Source: Eledone cirrhosa (Eukaryota). From it: a stretch of 64,000 bases of DNA. The notes below the pieces were generated by a model. That model was given only the letters and a program-made list of their open reading frames with translations. It did no database searches and was not told the origin of the DNA. Shown here in pieces: positions 24,630-38,400 of the stretch. Positions within the stretch are counted from its first letter, which is position 1; every line of letters begins with the position of its first letter. The stretch covers positions 325,004,001 through 325,068,000 of the forward strand of contig OZ024743.1 in the NCBI GenBank assembly GCA_964016885.1, written 5' to 3'. Both the position numbers and the translations under genes were made by a program.

Positions 24630-25501
24630 TTAGCCATAATAAATGGATATATATGTGTCTTTGTTTACGTTTGTCTCAATGTCTGTAACTTGAGTTTGTA
24701 AATATAAACATTAATTTGAATATGATTCTGTGCATTTGCCCGTCTCATGTTTATAGGTTGCTATTATATTCATACAAACAAACATACATACACCCATATA
24801 TACATACAGACAAACCTGTTTATGTGGATGTGTTTATTAACTTTCATTGTGTTATGGCACTAACTAGTATAAGTAGTTTCTACTTTTGGCACTAGGCCAG
24901 CAATTTGCAGAGAAGGGGAAAGTCGATTAAAGACTCCAGTGCGTTACTGGTGTTTTATTGTATCGACTACCTAGTATAAATATTGATTAGGCATTAAGAG
25001 AGCCTCCTCACAACCGCTCGACTTGCTAGAAATAACAACCGTTCTTAAAGTGTTTACAGCATAACTAAGGTGTTAGTGAAAAAAATAATACAGTTGTGAT
25101 GTTAGTTGCTAGTTATCTATTTTGTAATTCTCCTGGTGTATTATTATTGAAAACTCTTCAATCGTATATCACAGTTAGCATCGTTTTATCAATACGAACC
25201 AACGACGATTGAAATTTGAACTGTGCGTCTCAACGCAAATAACCATAATTGTTTCTACTTTTGGCACAAGGCCAGCAATTATTTTAGTGCATTACTGGTA
25301 CTTTATTTTATCGACCCCGTAAGGATGAAAGGCAATCGAGACGGGGAAAAACTGAACAGGGGCCCTTCTGTCTACTTTTTTCCTTCATGAATATTTTACC
25401 TTATTTTCTCAGTTATTATTTATATTGATCCACTATTATAGCCATTTGCGTTGGAACCCACACGTTTCAAATGTTCATAATGCTTCACAAGTCAATGGCC
25501 T

Positions 25502-25539
<38 letters not shown>

Positions 25540-25995
25540 GACAGAGAAGGCCAACCACAAATCAGGGTAGTACTCGAAGTATGATGAGATGCACAGTAGA
25601 TATAGTGAAGAAGTAAAATCCCAACGGCACTGATAGCCTGTATTTTTGATAAAGCCGTGCTTTTGTGTATTCACTTCTGTATCGATCTTTCTGCATAGAT
25701 CCAAGCACTATCCTATTTGAGGGTTTCTTTAAAGTGAAAGTCCATAGCGGAAAAGTAAACAAATGACAACGAAATTTGTTTTTCTATATTGAGTTCAAAA
25801 ATAAAAAAAGATAAACTCAGATGTGCAAAAACATAATCTTAATAGTTTCATGCCGTCGTGAATTTTGGGCTCAATATGCAATACCAGGCTTATGCACAAA
25901 ATTGTTGTCCATGGAGTAGCTGGTGAGGAAGTAGATGCTCTTTGTTCGTTCATCCCAAGTATTTTGTTTTGTTTCATTTTTTCAGTCTGCAACTT

Positions 25996-26057
<62 letters not shown>

Positions 26058-26274
26058 AGAGGTATCCGTACGTCTGTATTCTTGTGGCCGCTTATATACA
26101 CAAAATAATGGAGCAGTCAAACAAGTTCATGTAAGTGGTGCAGCCAATCGTTGAGATGCCACTCTAGACGTTTGACTCGGTGTCCAGTCTAATTATCTTC
26201 CTCGTTGAAGTATTTCTGTATATTTTTACTGGCTTCCTGTTCAGTAAAGAATATATATATATATATATATAAAA

Positions 26275-26725
26275 TAAAATAAAGTTAAATAAAAGTCAAA
26301 TGATAAAAATTTAGCTTCGTTTATTACTGCTATATATATTTCAGTGACAGCCATCTTTGACTCTGACCTCTTCAGGCAGTTTGAATTAGTATGGTATAGA
26401 CAAGTACATATGTTGTTTAGGTGTATGATATTGTCAATACTCTGATATGCCCAGTTCCTTGTTGGGTTGTTAATTCACTGGGGAACTGGAGTCATATGTA
26501 CTTGTCTATACCATACTAATTCAAACTGCCTGAAGAGGTCACAGCCAAAGATGGCTGTCACTGAAATATATATAGCAGTAATAAACGAAGCTAAATTTTT
26601 ATCATTTGACTTTTATTTAACTTTATTTTACACTACTCCGGAGTAACCAAACCAACCTGCGCACTTCGTCGAGTGCTCCAGCCTGCATACTGAGGTGTTG
26701 GTATACAACCAACATAAACTCAAAA

Positions 26726-26727
<2 letters not shown>
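26275..26727. mobile_element. (TA)n-flanked fold-back element with two inverted hammerheads
   Basis: Arms 26275-26412 and 26493-26630, 80-bp spacer, ~100-bp one-sided tail. Confidence 0.88.
26525..26579 (+). ncRNA. Type I hammerhead ribozyme (mirror copy at 26326-26380 on -)
   Basis: actgc CTGAAGA ggtc-acagcca-aaga-tggctgt-cact GAAA tatata TA gcagt, directly followed by AATAAA. Confidence 0.87.
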
Positions 26728-26769
<42 letters not shown>

Positions 26770-26791
26770 TTCACTAAAGTTAAATAGTGAG

Positions 26792-26841
26792 TCTTGTTAC
26801 TCTGGAGTTTCACTTGTTTATCGCAGGGTCATCAGACAAGA
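26792..26841 (-). ncRNA. Type I hammerhead, same family as 24577-24629, eroded stem II
   Basis: rc: tcttgt CTGATGA ccctgcgataaacaagt GAAA ctccagag TA acaaga. Confidence 0.75.
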
Positions 26842-28627
26842 ACTAACGTTTCAATACCAGACAAAATATAAATAAAGGAAGATTCTAGGTGTGTGTATGT
26901 GGGTGGGATTTAACTGAGAAGGGGCAATTAAGATAGGGTGGATAGGGCGGTGGTGAAAGAGGGGGTGGGGCTGTGTGACAATGGGTGGTAGTAAGCATAA
27001 CCATAGCATTTTAATTGGTCAGTTGGAGGCAGGTGATGAATATGAAGGTGGGTGTACAGGGCGGTAATATATATATAACCCTCCAAGAGAAAGGCAAAGG
27101 CCTATACAGCTAAGACAATGACACTGGATCGAGACCTTTGGTGCCATGCAGTTGTACAGAAGACCTGACTGCCATTGCATACAAACCTACAGTCAGTAGG
27201 CACCTCTTAACCCAATGTACACCCCACCCCCACCCCATCCTCCCTCTCCCGTTCCGTCCACTGTGTTGATGACACAACAGTCCACACTGTAAGGTGGCCA
27301 TGTAGGAGACATGGGGAAAAGGCTCCCAGTCCACATTGTAAATGTGGTTGGTGTTAGGAAGGGAATCCAGCTCTAAAAAAACCTGCCGTGCTAGCGAGAC
27401 ATGGTCTCCCGACCATTCCCGCATCAAATGGAACAAAACCGTCTAACCCATGCTAGTGTGGAAGATGGACATTAAATGATGATGATGATACATACACACA
27501 CAATATGATATAATATTGCACAACCAGTCACCAATTAGATTTTAAGATGGTGTTGTAGATTCTTTTTGTTCTAGATATTGTTATGAAGCAACATTCAGTC
27601 TCTAAAAATACAAGTTTTGCTGCATTTCATTTTAGGCAAGTTGTTACATATCCTGTTTCTCCAAAAATAATGAGTATTAGGCTGAAAGTATATTCTGGAT
27701 ATTGGATTTGTAAACTAAGCAATAGTTCATAAATGTCTTTTTTTATGCAGCATTAAGCATTTTAAGGTGATTTCCCCTGCTATCATCATCATCATCACCG
27801 TTTTATGTCCGTTCTTCCATGCTAGCATGGGTTAGACGGGTTGTCCTGTTGTGGGCAGTGTCTGGTTGGCTGACCTTGTCTTGCTCATACGGGAACTGAT
27901 TCTGGCTTGATTTCTACAGCTGAATGCCCTTCCTAACACCAACCTCATTTACAGTGAGTGCTGGGTGCTTTTTTTCCGTGGCGCCTACACGTTCACTTTA
28001 TATATCAATGGTTAGTCTTGCAGATCCCTTGACAAGCCTCTTACCCATCATGGGGTCCTTTTTGAGACAATGTTTTACTGCTGGATCCTCTTCAGGAGCC
28101 AACCCCTTTAGTTGTCTCTTACAACACACAGAGAAATAGTGTACCCCTACTCTAAATTGGATACCTAGTAAATATATATGTATCCTTTCTACCATATTTT
28201 TTTTACCACACTTCTTTATGATCTCTAACAATAATATCAGATCAGTTAGCATTTAGCTTTGACTAGAATTAAATGACAGTACATTGAAGAAATATATTAC
28301 TTTAACGCAGAAGATAGAATTAGAAATAAAAGATGAAATAGAAAAATAAAAAGTGAGAAGAGGAAGGAACGGGGAATAAAAGGGGGAGGGAAACACACGT
28401 GTGTGTTCAATCAACCATTATATATATATATATATACACATACACATACAATTATAAAGGCTAGTTACTAATCCACTTTTCTAAAAAATAAATCATACAC
28501 AAAACGCCAGCACCAACAGTTTTGCAAGAGATGTCAACATGAATGGACCTGTTATTTTTATCTAAAGACATTTTTTTTTCCAATTCCATCCTGCCCGTCC
28601 CCTTAATCTATCTTGTTTCTCATTCTT

Positions 28628-28663
28628 TCTTCTGATGAAGGACTAGCGTCCGAAACGTTAAGA
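28628..28663 (+). ncRNA. Minimal type I hammerhead ribozyme
   Basis: tctt CTGATGA a-ggac-tagc-gtcc GAAA cg TT aaga; palindromic AACGTT stem III; lies in a ~300-bp insert between (TA)n runs. Confidence 0.85.
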
Positions 28664-28782
28664 CCCTCTTCCTGCTATATTAAGCGTTAACCTAATATAT
28701 CCCTTCCATATACTGTACCGACTGTGTTGCTATTTCTGTTTACCTTTTACATACATACATACATACATATATACACACACAC

Positions 28783-28813
<31 letters not shown>

Positions 28814-28844
28814 ATATATATTATATATATATATATATATATAT

Positions 28845-29684
28845 GAAAACAGGGAGAAAGAGATGATTATGAGGAAGAAAAATATATTTTTTTCTTTTTT
28901 GTGTGTCTCTCTCTCTCTTTTTCTGGGTTAGAAAATGATTAAAACGAAATGTTTTACTTTGTGTGAAGTGTTAAGGTATTAGTTGGTTTATTTATTATTT
29001 AAAAATGGCATTTATTTATCTATTTATATATTTAATTATTGTCTATTACCGGTTTCTGCATTTATATGCATTATCAAATGATAGTGAAATGTATTAGTGT
29101 GGTGTCGCACATGTTAAACAGAAGGTGCAGAAAGAATAATGTTATATACAAACAAGGTTTATGAAGTGAAAAGAAAAAGGAAAAAAAACGTGCATAATGT
29201 GGCACGTAAAAAGTTAATGTTATTTACAGGCACAGTCATTGAAGTTAAGCAGTTCAAAATGTGTTAATATCCCAAGAGTGTTTAACACATTTTGAACTGC
29301 TTAACTTCAATGACTGTGCCTGTAAATAACATTATGCACGTTTTTTTTCCTTTTTCTTTTTTCTTTTCACTTCATAAACCTTGTTTGTATATAACATTAT
29401 TCTTTCTGCACCTTCTGTTTAACATGTGCGACACCACACTAATACATTTCACTATCATTTGATAATGCATATAAATGCAGAAACCGGTAATAGACAATAA
29501 TTAAATATATAAATAGATAAATAAATGCCATTGTTAAATAATAAATCAACTAATACCTTAACACTTCACACAAAGTAAAACATTTCGTTTTAATCATTTT
29601 CTAACCCAGAAAAAAAAGAGAGAGAGACACAAAAAAAGAAAAAATATATATTTTTCTTCCTCATAATCGTCTCTTTCTCCCTGT

Positions 29685-29688
<4 letters not shown>
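28845..29688. mobile_element. ~840-bp fold-back palindrome bounded by (TA)n
   Basis: Arms 28845-29267 and 29282-29688, 14-bp spacer. Each arm has the HHR-like TTGATAA tgcat-ataa-atgca GAAA ccgg TA atag. Confidence 0.88.
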
Positions 29689-29732
<44 letters not shown>

Positions 29733-29765
29733 TAACTCGCGTGCCTCCTCTCCACATTTTGTTAT

Positions 29766-29802
<37 letters not shown>

Positions 29803-30060
29803 GGTGGTGGGGGGGTTCTTCACTTACATATTCCAACTTCAGAATCTAAAAATTCCAGAAGACCAAATAAACAAAATATTTTACACACTGTTCTTTTGAA
29901 TGAAATGGAAAATGAATAGGAGGTTTCTCAGGTATTTTAATTATAGGAGCCCTATTTCTATCATGAAAAAGCTATGTGGAAGGAAGTGTCTTGCTTAAGA
30001 ACACCACAGCTATTAGGTCCCGAAATTGGACCCATGGCCATATGATTGTGAGTCCAACTC

Positions 30061-30897
30061 CTTAACCACTGGACTACACCACTAGACCACACACCACACC
30101 ACTAGACCACACACCTTAACCACTAGATCAAACACCTCACCAGTATACCACACATCAAACACCTAACCACTAGACCACACACCCTAACCACTAGACCACA
30201 CACCCTAACCACTAGACCACACACCCTAACCACTAGACCACACACCCTAACCACTAGACCACACACCTTAACCACTAGACCACACCCTAACCACTAGACC
30301 ACACACCTTAACCACTAGACCACACACCTTAACCACTAGACCACATACCTAACCACTAGACCACACACCCTAACCACTAGACCACACACCCTAACCACTA
30401 GACCACACACCCTAACCACTAGACCACACACCCTAACCACTAGACCACACACCTTAACCACTAGACCACACACCTCACCACTAGACCACACACCTTAACC
30501 ACTAGACCACACACCTTAACCACTAGACCACACACCTTAACCACTAGACCACACACCTCACCACTAGACCACACACCTCACCACTAGACCACACACCTCA
30601 CCACTAGACCACACACCACACCACTAGACCACACACCTCACCACTAGACCACACACCTCACCACTAGACCACACGCCTAACCATGAAGCCACACACCACA
30701 CCACACCACTAGACCACACACCACACCACTAGACCACACACCACACCACACCACTAGACCACACACCACACCACACCACTAGACCACACACCACACCACA
30801 CCACTAGACCACACACCACACCACTAGACCACACACCTCACCACTAGACCACACACCTCTCTACTAGACCACATGCCTAACCATGAAGCCACACACT
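30061..30897. repeat. Minisatellite, ~20-21-bp unit (ccttaaccactagaccacaca)
   Basis: About 40 tandem imperfect copies, contiguous with the 5' head of a minus-strand SINE. Confidence 0.92.
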
Positions 30898-32500
30898 TTC
30901 ACAAATAGCTTTCCCTTCATTATCACGTTAATAACAGTTTCTAACATAGTCGCAAAGCCAGCAATTTGGAAGAAGCGAAAGTTGATTATATCAACCCCAG
31001 TACTTTACTGGTACTTTGTTAATCTTGGAAGGAAAAAAGGAAAAAGTTGACTTCAGTGACATTTGAACTCAGAACATAAAGAGCCAGAACAAATACTGCT
31101 AAACAATCCAACACTATCAATACTGTTAGTCCACCAACATCTTATTACATAAATAATAAATTTGAAACAAATAATAGATTTTTTTTTTCAAGAAAACTCT
31201 CAAGAAATAACTTGTAATTTTCTTATCTTATCTTTTATTTATTTATCACCACTCCTTCCTGTCTTACTTCCTTCACAATTGATTCTCAATATTTCACTGT
31301 TTGGGCAAAACTTCAATATATAGCATTTTTTATGTAAACTAGATGGAAGTATGTAGTACTGATTCATACTCCACGCTCCTACTTTAATCCTCACTCCCCC
31401 CTTCTCTTTCTCTTTCTCTCTCACTCACTTCCTCTCTCATTATAGTTTAATCCCATTCATGCCAATATTTGCTTCAACCTGATTTTAAGTTCAGATTTGA
31501 GGAAGTTTAGTTGTCAAAGAAACCTTTACTACTATTATTATGACTACGGCAGTATCGGTAGAGGGTCGGACGCCATGCTTTCCAGCATAGTTACGTCCCT
31601 TTACGATCTGAGTTCAAATCCCGCCGAGGTTGACTTTGCCTTTCATCCTTACGCGGTCGATAAAAATAAAGTACCAGTAATGCACTGGGTAATTGCTGGC
31701 CTTGTGCCTAAAGTAGAAACAATTATGACTACTACTAAGGTGTATGGCTTAATGGTTAGGGTGTTTGTTTCATGATTGTAAGGTCTTGAGTTCAATTTAT
31801 TGCAGCAGGTTGTGTCCTTGAGCAAGACACTTTATTTCACATTCCTTCAGTTCACTCAGCTGACAAAAATGAGTTGTACATGTAATTCAAAGGACCAGTC
31901 TTATCACATATTGTTTCAATAGAAATCTCCTAGAGAACTCCATTAAGGGTATATGTGTCTGTGGAATGCTCAGCCATTTACATGGTAATTTCATGAGAGG
32001 GCCAACAACTACTGGGGTGCTAGATTGGCAGTATCATTAGAGCATTGTATAGAATGCTTTACAGAATTTGATCTGATACTCTATGCACTGAGTCCAAATC
32101 CAGCCAAAATCAACTTTGACTTTCATCTTTCCAGAGTTGATAAAAGTACCAATTAAGTACTGGGCTGAATTTAATCAACATTTCCATCCCCAAAATTACT
32201 CACCTTGTGCCTAAAGTTGCAATCATTATAAGGGTAGTGGATTGGCAGAGTTATCAGGGCATTGGACAAATGTTTAGTACTGTTTGTTCTGGTTCTTTAC
32301 ATTCTAAATTCAAATCCCTCCAAAGTCAACTTTGTATTTCATCCATCCAGGGTTGATAAAATAAAGTACCCATCACATACTGAGCTCAATATAATCAACT
32401 TTACCCTTCCCACAAATTACTGGCCTTGTCCCAATGTTAGAAAGAACCATTACTACTATTATGCTTTTGTAATCAGGAAGGAAGAAACCAGGCAAGGGTA

Positions 32501-32924
32501 CATTCAGTGCTTCAAAGTAATGTAGTGTTTAGGGTCCATTCAGTGCCCTTGCTGCTTCAAAGTAATGCAGAGTTTAGGGTCCATTCAGTGCCCTTGCTGC
32601 TTCAAAGTAATGCAGTGTTTAGGGTCCATTCATTGCCCTTGCTGCTTCAGAGTAATGTAGTGTTTAGGGTCCATTCAGTGCCCTTGCTGCTTCAAAATAA
32701 TGTAATGTTTAGGGCCCATTCAGTGCCCTTGCTGCTTCAAAGTAATGCAGTGTTTAGGGTCCATTCAGTGCCCTTGCTGCTCCAGAGTAATGCAGTGTTT
32801 AGGGTCCATTCAGTGCCCTTGCTGCTTCAAAGTAATGCAGTGTTTAGGGTCCATTCAGTGCCCTTGCTGCTTCAAAGTGATGCAGTGTTTAGGGTCCATT
32901 CAGTGCCCTTGCTGCTTCAGAGTA
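32501..32924. repeat. Minisatellite, 45-bp unit, ~9.5 copies
   Basis: Unit cattcagtgcccttgctgcttcaaagtaatgcagtgtttagggtc. Confidence 0.93.
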
Positions 32925-33576
32925 AAGCCGTGTTTTGTGTGGGGTTTCCCAGGAATTACCCTAAAGTGTTGTCCTCTCCCTATAGGGGAACTTTTCCTAG
33001 TTGATTCCTGTTGTTTTGTATTATTATGACTATTTATTACAATTATTGTTATATCTACTATATTCCCTTTGTTGAGATCCTTTACTATATGTTGATTTCC
33101 CCACCTTGTACTATTCCCACCATATTAGGCTGCACTTGTGGTCAATATAAAAAAGCATTATCATTTTCATTGTTGTTGGTATTGTGGCCTTGTGTGGGTT
33201 TAGTAAAAATAAATCATTGTTATTTCTATAACTGCAGCAGTAGTTGTTGTCTACTACACTATTATCTAGTACTGCTGCTTAACGTGTTGTTTGCCAACAA
33301 CAACAGCAACAACAACAATGACATTAACATCACCAGGCGCCACTACTAACCTGTAGAACAAGAACAACACCACCAGTCACCACCACCAATAACCTGTACA
33401 GCAACTGTTGCTCGTTTCTATAACTGAATATTTTAGTTACTGTAATTAGTTTATAGATTTTTGTTTTTAGCCAGACCGTCTAACCACTATGTGTGTATGT
33501 GTATATATATATATATGTGGGTGGGGTATGTATATATAAATATATGCATCAAGCATAGGTATACTTATAGATATTG

Positions 33577-33621
<45 letters not shown>

Positions 33622-35044
33622 CACTGATACCCATCTTTTTCCGTTCAGTGGGTTTATACACCCCATTATTAAACTCTATTATAGTCAAAAATATTACAGC
33701 GAAGCTTCTATTTTTATTTCAATTACATATATATATATATTATATACATATACATGTGTGTGTGTGGTTTGCATGTGTATGTGTCTTTAGATATAGCTTC
33801 TTCCCCAAGTTTCTGTGTGTTTACTTTTATTAGCATATATTTGTTTATCTTTCTGTAAGTGTATGTGCTCATTTGCATCTCTACACCTGTATCTTTGTCT
33901 GTGTGACCATCCTTAAGTGTCATAATATTTTTTGGCATCAGTCACTAGTGAGTTACTACTCCACTCCTGTTTTCTATTGAGGGTGGGTTTGTTTCCTTTT
34001 ATGTAGGAAGACATGGGATAAGGTGATAAAAGCTGACCTTGCACACTTGCACCTCTCAAAGTTAATGACACAGGATCGAGATCTTTGGCATTATGCAGTA
34101 ATACAGAAGACACACCTTCCCATGCACACAGACTCAAACATACATATAGAAAGCACCACTTAACCACTATAACCTCCTCCATACACCTCCCATGCCCCAA
34201 CACCCACCCACTTTCGTCCATACCACCCTTACAATATAAAGTCAGGTTGGTATCACAAAAAAGCATCCAGCCCACACTATAAAGTCGTCGTGTAGGTGCC
34301 ACGACAAAAAGCACCCAGCCCACACTGTAAAGTGGTTATGTAGGTGTCATGACAAAAAGCACCCAGCACACACTGTTGGTGTTAAGAAGGGCATCCAGCC
34401 ATAGAAACCTAGCCAAAAACAGTTCTATATGAGCAAGACACAGTCACCTGACCCAATTTGCCTCTAATGTTACAACCTGTCTAACCCATGCTAGCAACGA
34501 AAATGGACGTTAAACAATGTTGATGATGGGTGGCTTCCATAAAATGTCTGAGCATTGTGTTAGTTTGGTATGTAGATATGATTTTCACCTCTGTTTTCCA
34601 GTGAACCACTATTTTCTACTTTGGCATGTTGGTAGAGCACTGATGAGTTTTTCTGGTCTTCAAGTTACCACCAGTGCCCTTCATCCTTTCTTTGAGCCAT
34701 TTCTCCTATGTAAGCCATGGTCATATTTCTACATTGTCCTTCTTTTCTCCATATGTTATATATTACAATTATAGTTTTACAGTTTATCTTTGAGCTTACC
34801 TTACAGTTTCTTAAATGGGTAAGTCTTGTTGCTGATTAGGAATTTTATGGAGATTCCTGTTTTTTCTTCTAAGTTGATTTTTAGTTTTAGTTTATCTAAA
34901 GCCCCTCCAAATGCTATAAGCTATCTATCCTTCCATCTACTCTTCTCCCTCCCCCACTTTAGTCTACACTCACTCACCTAGTCTTCCCTCTATTAACATC
35001 CTTGATTCTTCTTTTCCTGTCCAACCCATGCCAGCATGAAAAGA

Positions 35045-35435
35045 TAGACACGCATAAACAAGTGCAGAGCGCTAGAAGTCGATGGAAACCGTGGAATGGG
35101 GAGACCCAAGAAGACCTGGGATGAGGTGATAAAAGCTGACCTTACCCAATTACACCTCTCAATTACACCACAAAGTGGACGTGGAGGTGCCACGGCAAAA
35201 AAGCACCCGGCCCACACTGTAAAGTGGACGTGTAGGCGCCACAGAAAAAAGCACCCAGCACTCACTTCAAAAGAGGTTGGTGTTAGGAAGGGCATCCAGC
35301 TGTAGAAATCAAGCCAGAATCAGTTCCTGTATGAGCAAGGCATGGTCAGCCGACCGGACACTGCCCACAATAGGACAACCCGTCTAACCCATGCTAGCGT
35401 GGAAGAACGGATATAAAACGGTGATGATGATGATG
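35045..35435 (+). mobile_element. RTE LINE 3' fragment, related subfamily
   Basis: KCRALEVDGNRGMGRPKKTWDEVIKADL plus the shared 3' UTR and (GAT)n tail. Older fragments at ~6550-6760, ~17830-18000, ~40480-40950 (+) and ~36480-36700 (-). Confidence 0.8.
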
Positions 35436-38400
35436 ACATCTACTGTACTCTGCTAAATACTTGCTCTCTCTTTCTTTCTCTGTCACCAAGATCACCACCA
35501 TGACCCCGCCCCCTCCTTCTATCATATCCTTGAATTTATCCCTAAATTTCCACTTCCTCGTCCAACCACAGCAGCATCGAAAGCCAGCTACACCTCACAG
35601 TACCACCAAATGTCACTCACTCCCTTTAATGCCTCCCCTCCCTCTCTGGGCAAGGTAGCCTATACACCACGTTTACTCTGCATTCCTTATCACTACTCTC
35701 CCAGACTGGCTGAGGACTCAAATGCCCTAGTGTTGATATGTGGTAGTGTTGGGGCTACAATAAAATGCACCCATCCTGCACTGTAAAGTAGTAGTGCTGG
35801 TTTTATGCTAAAATGCACCCAACCCATGTGACCATGAAATTGTCATCATTCTGTACATGGTACCATCTATATTTATGGTATTGTCATCACTCTGTGTATG
35901 GTACCACCTGTAACCATGGTACTGTCATCATTCTATATACAGTACCTTATTTCTCCTCCAACCATGGCACCCTGTCAACCTCTCTCTATATATAATTAAG
36001 CACCCTGGCATGGCTGCTCACTTCAGTTTGTTCAACTATTGGACTAACTGATGGAATGATCAATCCATACACACTACTGCCAAGATCTATTTTATTCTCA
36101 TTGTGTGTCTGTGTTTGTCTGTGTGTTTGTGTATGTGTTTGATATTTTCTATTTGTTTTTGTTGGGGGATGGCATGAGTGGAAGTGTTCAATAAAAATAG
36201 TTTACTACTATTTACAGTAATGGGTGGATTTAGATATTATAGACATGATGGTAGTAGATTGTCGCTAACTAAAGGTTGTTTTTGTTTCTGACTGAACAGA
36301 CATGCCTGTTATAAAAAGAGGTTGAACTTTGATCATCTTTTTTGGGGGGTAGGGGTGTCGGTATAGTCTATCTAGGATTACAATTGTGTGCATATCATCA
36401 CCATTTTACATCTGTTCTATGCCTGCATGGATTGAACAAGTCCTTTTCAACACAGCGTCCACCCCATTTGTATTCTTTCATCATCCCTGCTGTAAGCCTC
36501 ATTAATTTGAAATTAGCCTTCACCACTTCTACCCAGGTCTTGCTTGGTCTTCCTCTACCACTGCTACCTTCCATTGGGATCTCCTGGCACTTCTTTACTT
36601 AATAATCACCATTCATACTCATCACATATCCATACCAACACAAGCTTCTCTCTTGCAAACTACATCTGATTCCTCTTTTACTCAGTTTTTCTGTTAGCCC
36701 ATCCTTTCAGGCTCGATAAATTTAAGTACCAGTTATGTACTGAGGTTAATGTAACCAACTTTTCCCTCCACACAAATTGTTGATCTTGTGCCTAAATTAG
36801 AAATTATTGTTACTCTTATTTTTATTGCATACTATCACTGCGTTACCGAGCACAACTCTGTGCATCTTGGATATGCGCAGTGTTGTTTTTGGTGTTGTTT
36901 CTATTATAGTGACAGTACTCGGTATTGTTATTAATTCTATCATTCTATTAACTCTTGTATTACCACATTTCTAATGAAATAAACTGCCAATAATTTGCAA
37001 ATCATTTTGAAAATGATCAAGGATCTGGAAGGATTTAGTAATATAATTACTTATCTTATAATGTTTGGGAGTATAATTTTTACAAAGGTTTTTACATAAA
37101 ATTATGATGGAAGGTTTTTAGATAAATATAAAGACTTTAAAGCAAACAGTTTTATATCGGAGAACCAGGCATGGTGTAAAGCAGTTTGGTATGAAAGAGG
37201 TTAAAGAAATTCAAGTTCCTCCTGAAATGAACTTTGTTTCATCACACTAAAGGGTCAACTATTGACTGTACCCCTGTAGTATTGTGCCAAAATTAAAAAT
37301 CATTGTTAAAGGCAGTGGATTTGGTAGAGATATTCTAGAGTTCAGGACTAAACAATTTTCTTTCACCCCTCCATCTTCTGGGTTCAGATCCTTTGGGAGA
37401 TGGTGTGGTAAGGGTGGACATTGTCTTGTCTCCCTCTACCAGACTTAATGAAATATATATCAATCATTTACTGGCAGTCAATTCTATCAACTAAACACCC
37501 TCCCCCTGTACATTTTGTGGCTTTGTTCCAATGTGGGAAATTATCATTTCTATTTGTTTTTTTGTAGTTTTTATTACTGTACAGCAGTCACACAAATACA
37601 CACACCATCATCATCATCATCATTATCATCAACTTAAGTTGGCTTTCCATGCTGGCATGGGTTGGATGAGTTGTCATGTACCATCTTGCTCATAAGTTCC
37701 ATATTTGGCATGGTTTCTATGGCTCTGTGCCCTTCCTAAGGTCATCTACCTTACAGGGTTTATTACGTGCATTTTTTCATGTCACCACTAGTACCGCTTT
37801 ACAGAACACACTGAGTCCATTTTATTATGGTACCAACACTAAAACCATTGTTACAGCTCGTCCAGACTGAAGCCTTATATTGACTCCATTTAATCAGCAC
37901 CATTGTAGCCTTCAATCACTTACTCATATTTTCTTTTGTGTCATGTTTGTATTAGTATGCAGAACATTTATATTATGATATATCGCCAGTCGGCTCAGTC
38001 TTGCGTCAACTTCTTTGTGAAATGCAGTTTCTTATGCATATTTATGTGTGAATATATATATATAACTGCAGGCATGACCATATGGTTAAGGAGTTTAGCT
38101 TTTCAACCACAGGGTTGAGTTCAGCTCTCACTGTATTATAGCCTCAGGTTGACTAATACTTTGTGAGTAGAATTCAGTAGACAGAAATTGTAAGGAAGCT
38201 CATATATACAAACATCAGCATCACCATTTAATGTCAATTTTCCATGCTAGCATAGGTTAGACGGGTCGACCACATTATGATATGAGTCTGGCCAGTTGGC
38301 TGCACCATACCTTGCTCAAATGGAACTGTGTTTTGGCTAGAATTTTTACAGTTGGATGCCCTTCCTAACACCAGCCATGTTTACAGTGTGGAACTGCGTG

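Noticed and set aside
25835-25930. Possible half-hammerhead (GAAActatTA on the - strand) beside a long stem
   Set aside because: No CUGANGA-like 5' core found; too degenerate to call.
30170-30445. Telomeric CCCTAA repeats
   Set aside because: CCCTAA is only one variant inside a 21-bp minisatellite unit, not a tandem telomeric array.
32507-33029. 165-aa and 94-aa repetitive ORFs (LLLQSNAVFRVHSVP)n and (QCLGSIQCPCC)n
   Set aside because: By-products of a 45-bp minisatellite whose unit length is divisible by 3; no splice or homology support.
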